Source: an uncultured Methylococcaceae bacterium (lineage in GTDB: Bacteria; Pseudomonadota; Gammaproteobacteria; Methylococcales; Methylococcaceae). Taken from it: a stretch of 24,000 nucleotides of DNA. The position numbers and the translations under genes are program-made. The notes below the pieces were generated by a model. It did not search any database. It worked only from the letters and a program-made list of their open reading frames with translations, and had not been told where the DNA came from. Location of the stretch: positions 1-24,000 of the forward strand of contig CAZOTR010000003.1 in NCBI GenBank assembly GCA_964582755.1, read 5' to 3'. Shown one piece after another: positions 21,962 to 24,000 of this stretch (positions are counted from its first letter, which is position 1; each line of letters starts with the position of its first letter).

Positions 21962-24000
21962 GTAATTGTTTCAGCTATGACAATAGCAGCGGAACCCGCT
22001 TTCCCTGGGCGGTAGCCTACCGGCACGGGCGGGACCAGCAATGGTCCGGTTCGAAGCTGCCGGGACAATGTAACCCATCCCGAAAGGGTAAGCCAGAAAC
22101 CGCGAGGGAGTAAGGCGTATCTGCCAGCGCAAGGCGGAAGGGGGCTAGGCTGGATGGCAAGGCTAACAAATGTGAACTGTCGATAAACTCCGTCACGTGC
22201 AACAAGCCAAATGCGCTGTCAGGCTTGAACCAAAAAGGTAAGGTGGTTGGCTAACCCAGATCCACCATCTGGGTTGCAGGGGCAAAGAAACCACCGGAGG
22301 AAAGACAGAGCCTAAACCATTCCCGTTACTTACACGGAACACGGAAACCCCGTTCCTCCGCCTGTGACCGGCAAGGAAAACCCCGTTCGGCGGGTATAGG
22401 TCGAAACATCTGAAGGGACGAAAGCCACAGGCAGGCCGCCCGTGAGGAAGGCTGAGGGAGGGCGGGAATAGGATGGCGGAAAAAGCGAATGCCGTCCTGT
22501 AATGGGGCGGATAGGGGTTGAAGCCGCAAGGCGACATCACCCTGGCCGGTAACGGCGCAGACGTCCGCCGAGTCTCTCTTTACGAGATAACTTTTAGAAC
22601 CTTCACAAGAGGGGATGCAAATGACTACGCAAGCACTTTGTTGCGCGGGTGCGCCCTCTGGCGAACCGTGGCACTGGCACAAAACAAAATGGGCTAAGTG
22701 TCACCGGGAAGTTAGGAGGCTGCAAGCGCGTATCGTAAAGGCAACGCAGGAAGGCCGCTGGGGCAAGGTGAAAGCTTTGCAATGGTTGCTGACCCACTCG
22801 CATAGCGGCAAGGCAATCGCCGTGAAGCGGGTGACCGAAAACACTGGCAAGAAGACCCCCGGAGTCGATGGGCAGACATGGCCCACGCCGGAGGCCAAAT
22901 CTCTAGCCGTGTTGTCACTCAAAAGGCGCGGTTACAGACCGCTCCCGCTGAGAAGGGTGTACATCCCCAAAAGCAACGGCAAGGAACGTCCGCTGGGCAT
23001 ACCGACGATGAAAGACAGGGCGATGCAGGCGCTAAACCTGTTGGCCTTGGAACCCATCTCGGAAAATACGGCGGACAGGAACTCATACGGGTTCAGGCCG
23101 GAAAGATCCACGGCAGACGCAAGGGAACAGTGCTTTAACACACTATCAAAACCTTGGTCCGCTCAATGGATTTTAGAAGGCGATATAAAAGGCTGCTTCG
23201 ACAACATAAGCCACCAATGGATGCTCGAACACATACCGACGGACAGGGTTGTGCTAGAGAAATGGCTGAAGGCAGGATACGTCTACAAAAACGGACTCTT
23301 CCCGAACGAGGCGGGGACGCCGCAGGGCGGGATCATTTCGCCAACCCTGGCGAATATGACGCTTGACGGGCTGGAATCGAAACTTGAAGAAACATTCGGC
23401 AAGAGAGAATCGAGGAAAGCCAAAAGCAACCAAGTCAACTTGGTTCGATATGCGGACGACTTCATCATTACCGCTAGGACGAAAGAACTGCTGGAGGATG
23501 AAGTCAAACCTCTAGTTATTGAATTTCTCAAGGAACGGGGCCTAACCCTCTCGGAAGAAAAGACTAGGGTAACGCACGTCAGCAAGGGGTTCGATTTTCT
23601 CGGATGGAATTGTAGGAAATACGACGGCAAGTTGTTAATCAAGCCGTCCAAGAAGAACTCGAAAGTGTTCCTCGACGGAATCCGGGATGTGATGAAGGGC
23701 AACAAACAGGCTAGACAGGAAAACCTTATTGGACTGCTCAACCCAAAAATTCGAGGATGGGCAAACTACCATAAAGGCGCAGTCGCCAAGGAAACCTTCA
23801 GCAAAGTTGACAAAGAGATTTGGAAAACACTGTGGCAATGGGCCGAACGCCGACACCCAAACAAAGGAAAACGATGGATCAAAGTTAGATATTTCAGGAC
23901 GGAGAGGAATCGAAACTGGGTATTTGCGGCAAGCGTCAAAACAGCGGAAGGGGAAACACGGACGGTGAGGCTGGTCAAGGCCAGCGACACCAAAATCCAG
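21941..24000 (+). mobile_element. Group II intron, 5' portion (domains I-III and domain IV with ORF); 3' end outside the window
   Basis: Begins GTGCGAC (5' GUGYG consensus). About 670 nt of ORF-free, hairpin-rich sequence follow, then an RT/maturase ORF. The hairpin aacccaga-TCCACCA-tctgggtt (22253-22275) has a loop CCACCA complementary to the exon TGGTGG immediately 5' of the junction (EBS1/IBS1). Confidence 0.85.
22615..24000 (+). CDS. Group II intron-encoded reverse transcriptase/maturase (partial, open to the window end)
   Basis: Translated by hand; absent from the ORF track because no stop codon falls in the window. M(Q)MTTQ...RRVYIPKSNGKERPLGIPTMKDRAMQ, SYGFRPERS, ILEGDIKGCFDNISH, GTPQGGIISPTLANM, VRYADDFII (YADD), GFDFLGW, LLNPKIRGWANYH (X/maturase domain). 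AGAGGGG RBS-like sequence upstream of ATG 22615; a second in-frame ATG at 22621. Confidence 0.9.
   Translation, partial: MQMTTQALCCAGAPSGEPWHWHKTKWAKCHREVRRLQARIVKATQEGRWGKVKALQWLLTHSHSGKAIAVKRVTENTGKKTPGVDGQTWPTPEAKSLAVLSLKRRGYRPLPLRRVYIPKSNGKERPLGIPTMKDRAMQALNLLALEPISENTADRNSYGFRPERSTADAREQCFNTLSKPWSAQWILEGDIKGCFDNISHQWMLEHIPTDRVVLEKWLKAGYVYKNGLFPNEAGTPQGGIISPTLANMTLDGLESKLEETFGKRESRKAKSNQVNLVRYADDFIITARTKELLEDEVKPLVIEFLKERGLTLSEEKTRVTHVSKGFDFLGWNCRKYDGKLLIKPSKKNSKVFLDGIRDVMKGNKQARQENLIGLLNPKIRGWANYHKGAVAKETFSKVDKEIWKTLWQWAERRHPNKGKRWIKVRYFRTERNRNWVFAASVKTAEGETRTVRLVKASDTKIQ

Noticed and set aside
22017-23993. Minus-strand and alternate-frame ORFs within the group II intron. Examples are 22193-22540(-), 22326-22682(-), 23283-23741(-) and 22878-23138(+).
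   Set aside because: They lie either in the structured RNA domains or antisense/off-frame to the RT/maturase ORF, which has unambiguous motifs.
1-24000. A tRNA gene or att site marking the ICE end, and rRNA genes.
   Set aside because: I scanned by eye for T-arm-like GGTTCGAnnCC motifs with an acceptor-stem context. The only hits are inside the intron or lack cloverleaf pairing. No tRNA or rRNA can be supported.

Overview
The window is a largely one-directional (+ strand) piece of a proteobacterial integrative conjugative element (ICE) with three parts. (1) 805-5182, with the cassette extending roughly 750-5390: a visibly lower-GC cargo cassette carrying a complete four-gene type II CBASS anti-phage operon (patatin CapV, CD-NTase, Cap2 E2/E1 fusion, Cap3 JAB protease). 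It sits between two toxin-gene remnants, each truncated on its CBASS-facing side. (2) 6418-21961: high-GC ICE backbone and establishment-type genes. These are a tyrosine recombinase-like protein, a HerA/FtsK-like ATPase, two signal-peptide proteins, a DUF3577 SSB-like protein, DUF3275, an acidic protein, a Zn-ribbon/Toprim primase, DUF6876-like, DUF932, an NPPY N6-adenine methyltransferase, a GHKL ATPase and small acidic ORFs. (3) 21941 to the window end: the 5' part of a group II intron with its RT/maturase ORF. That ORF is open to the window edge and so is missing from the supplied ORF track. The intron is inserted into the last ICE ORF. The most unusual signal is not a protein. A family of about 200-270 nt multi-hairpin elements recurs at 8 loci, directly upstream of ICE genes. 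Compensatory and G-U substitutions between copies preserve the helices. In four copies the element ends in an intrinsic-terminator-like hairpin plus T-tract about 20 nt before a conserved GGAGAA-N5-6-ATG. I read these as a strand-specific structured leader family (RNA, or transferred ssDNA). CBASS itself is a known system. A second candidate for something uncharacterised is the methyltransferase, GHKL ATPase and acidic-protein block. All family names come from motif recognition by eye; no searches were run.
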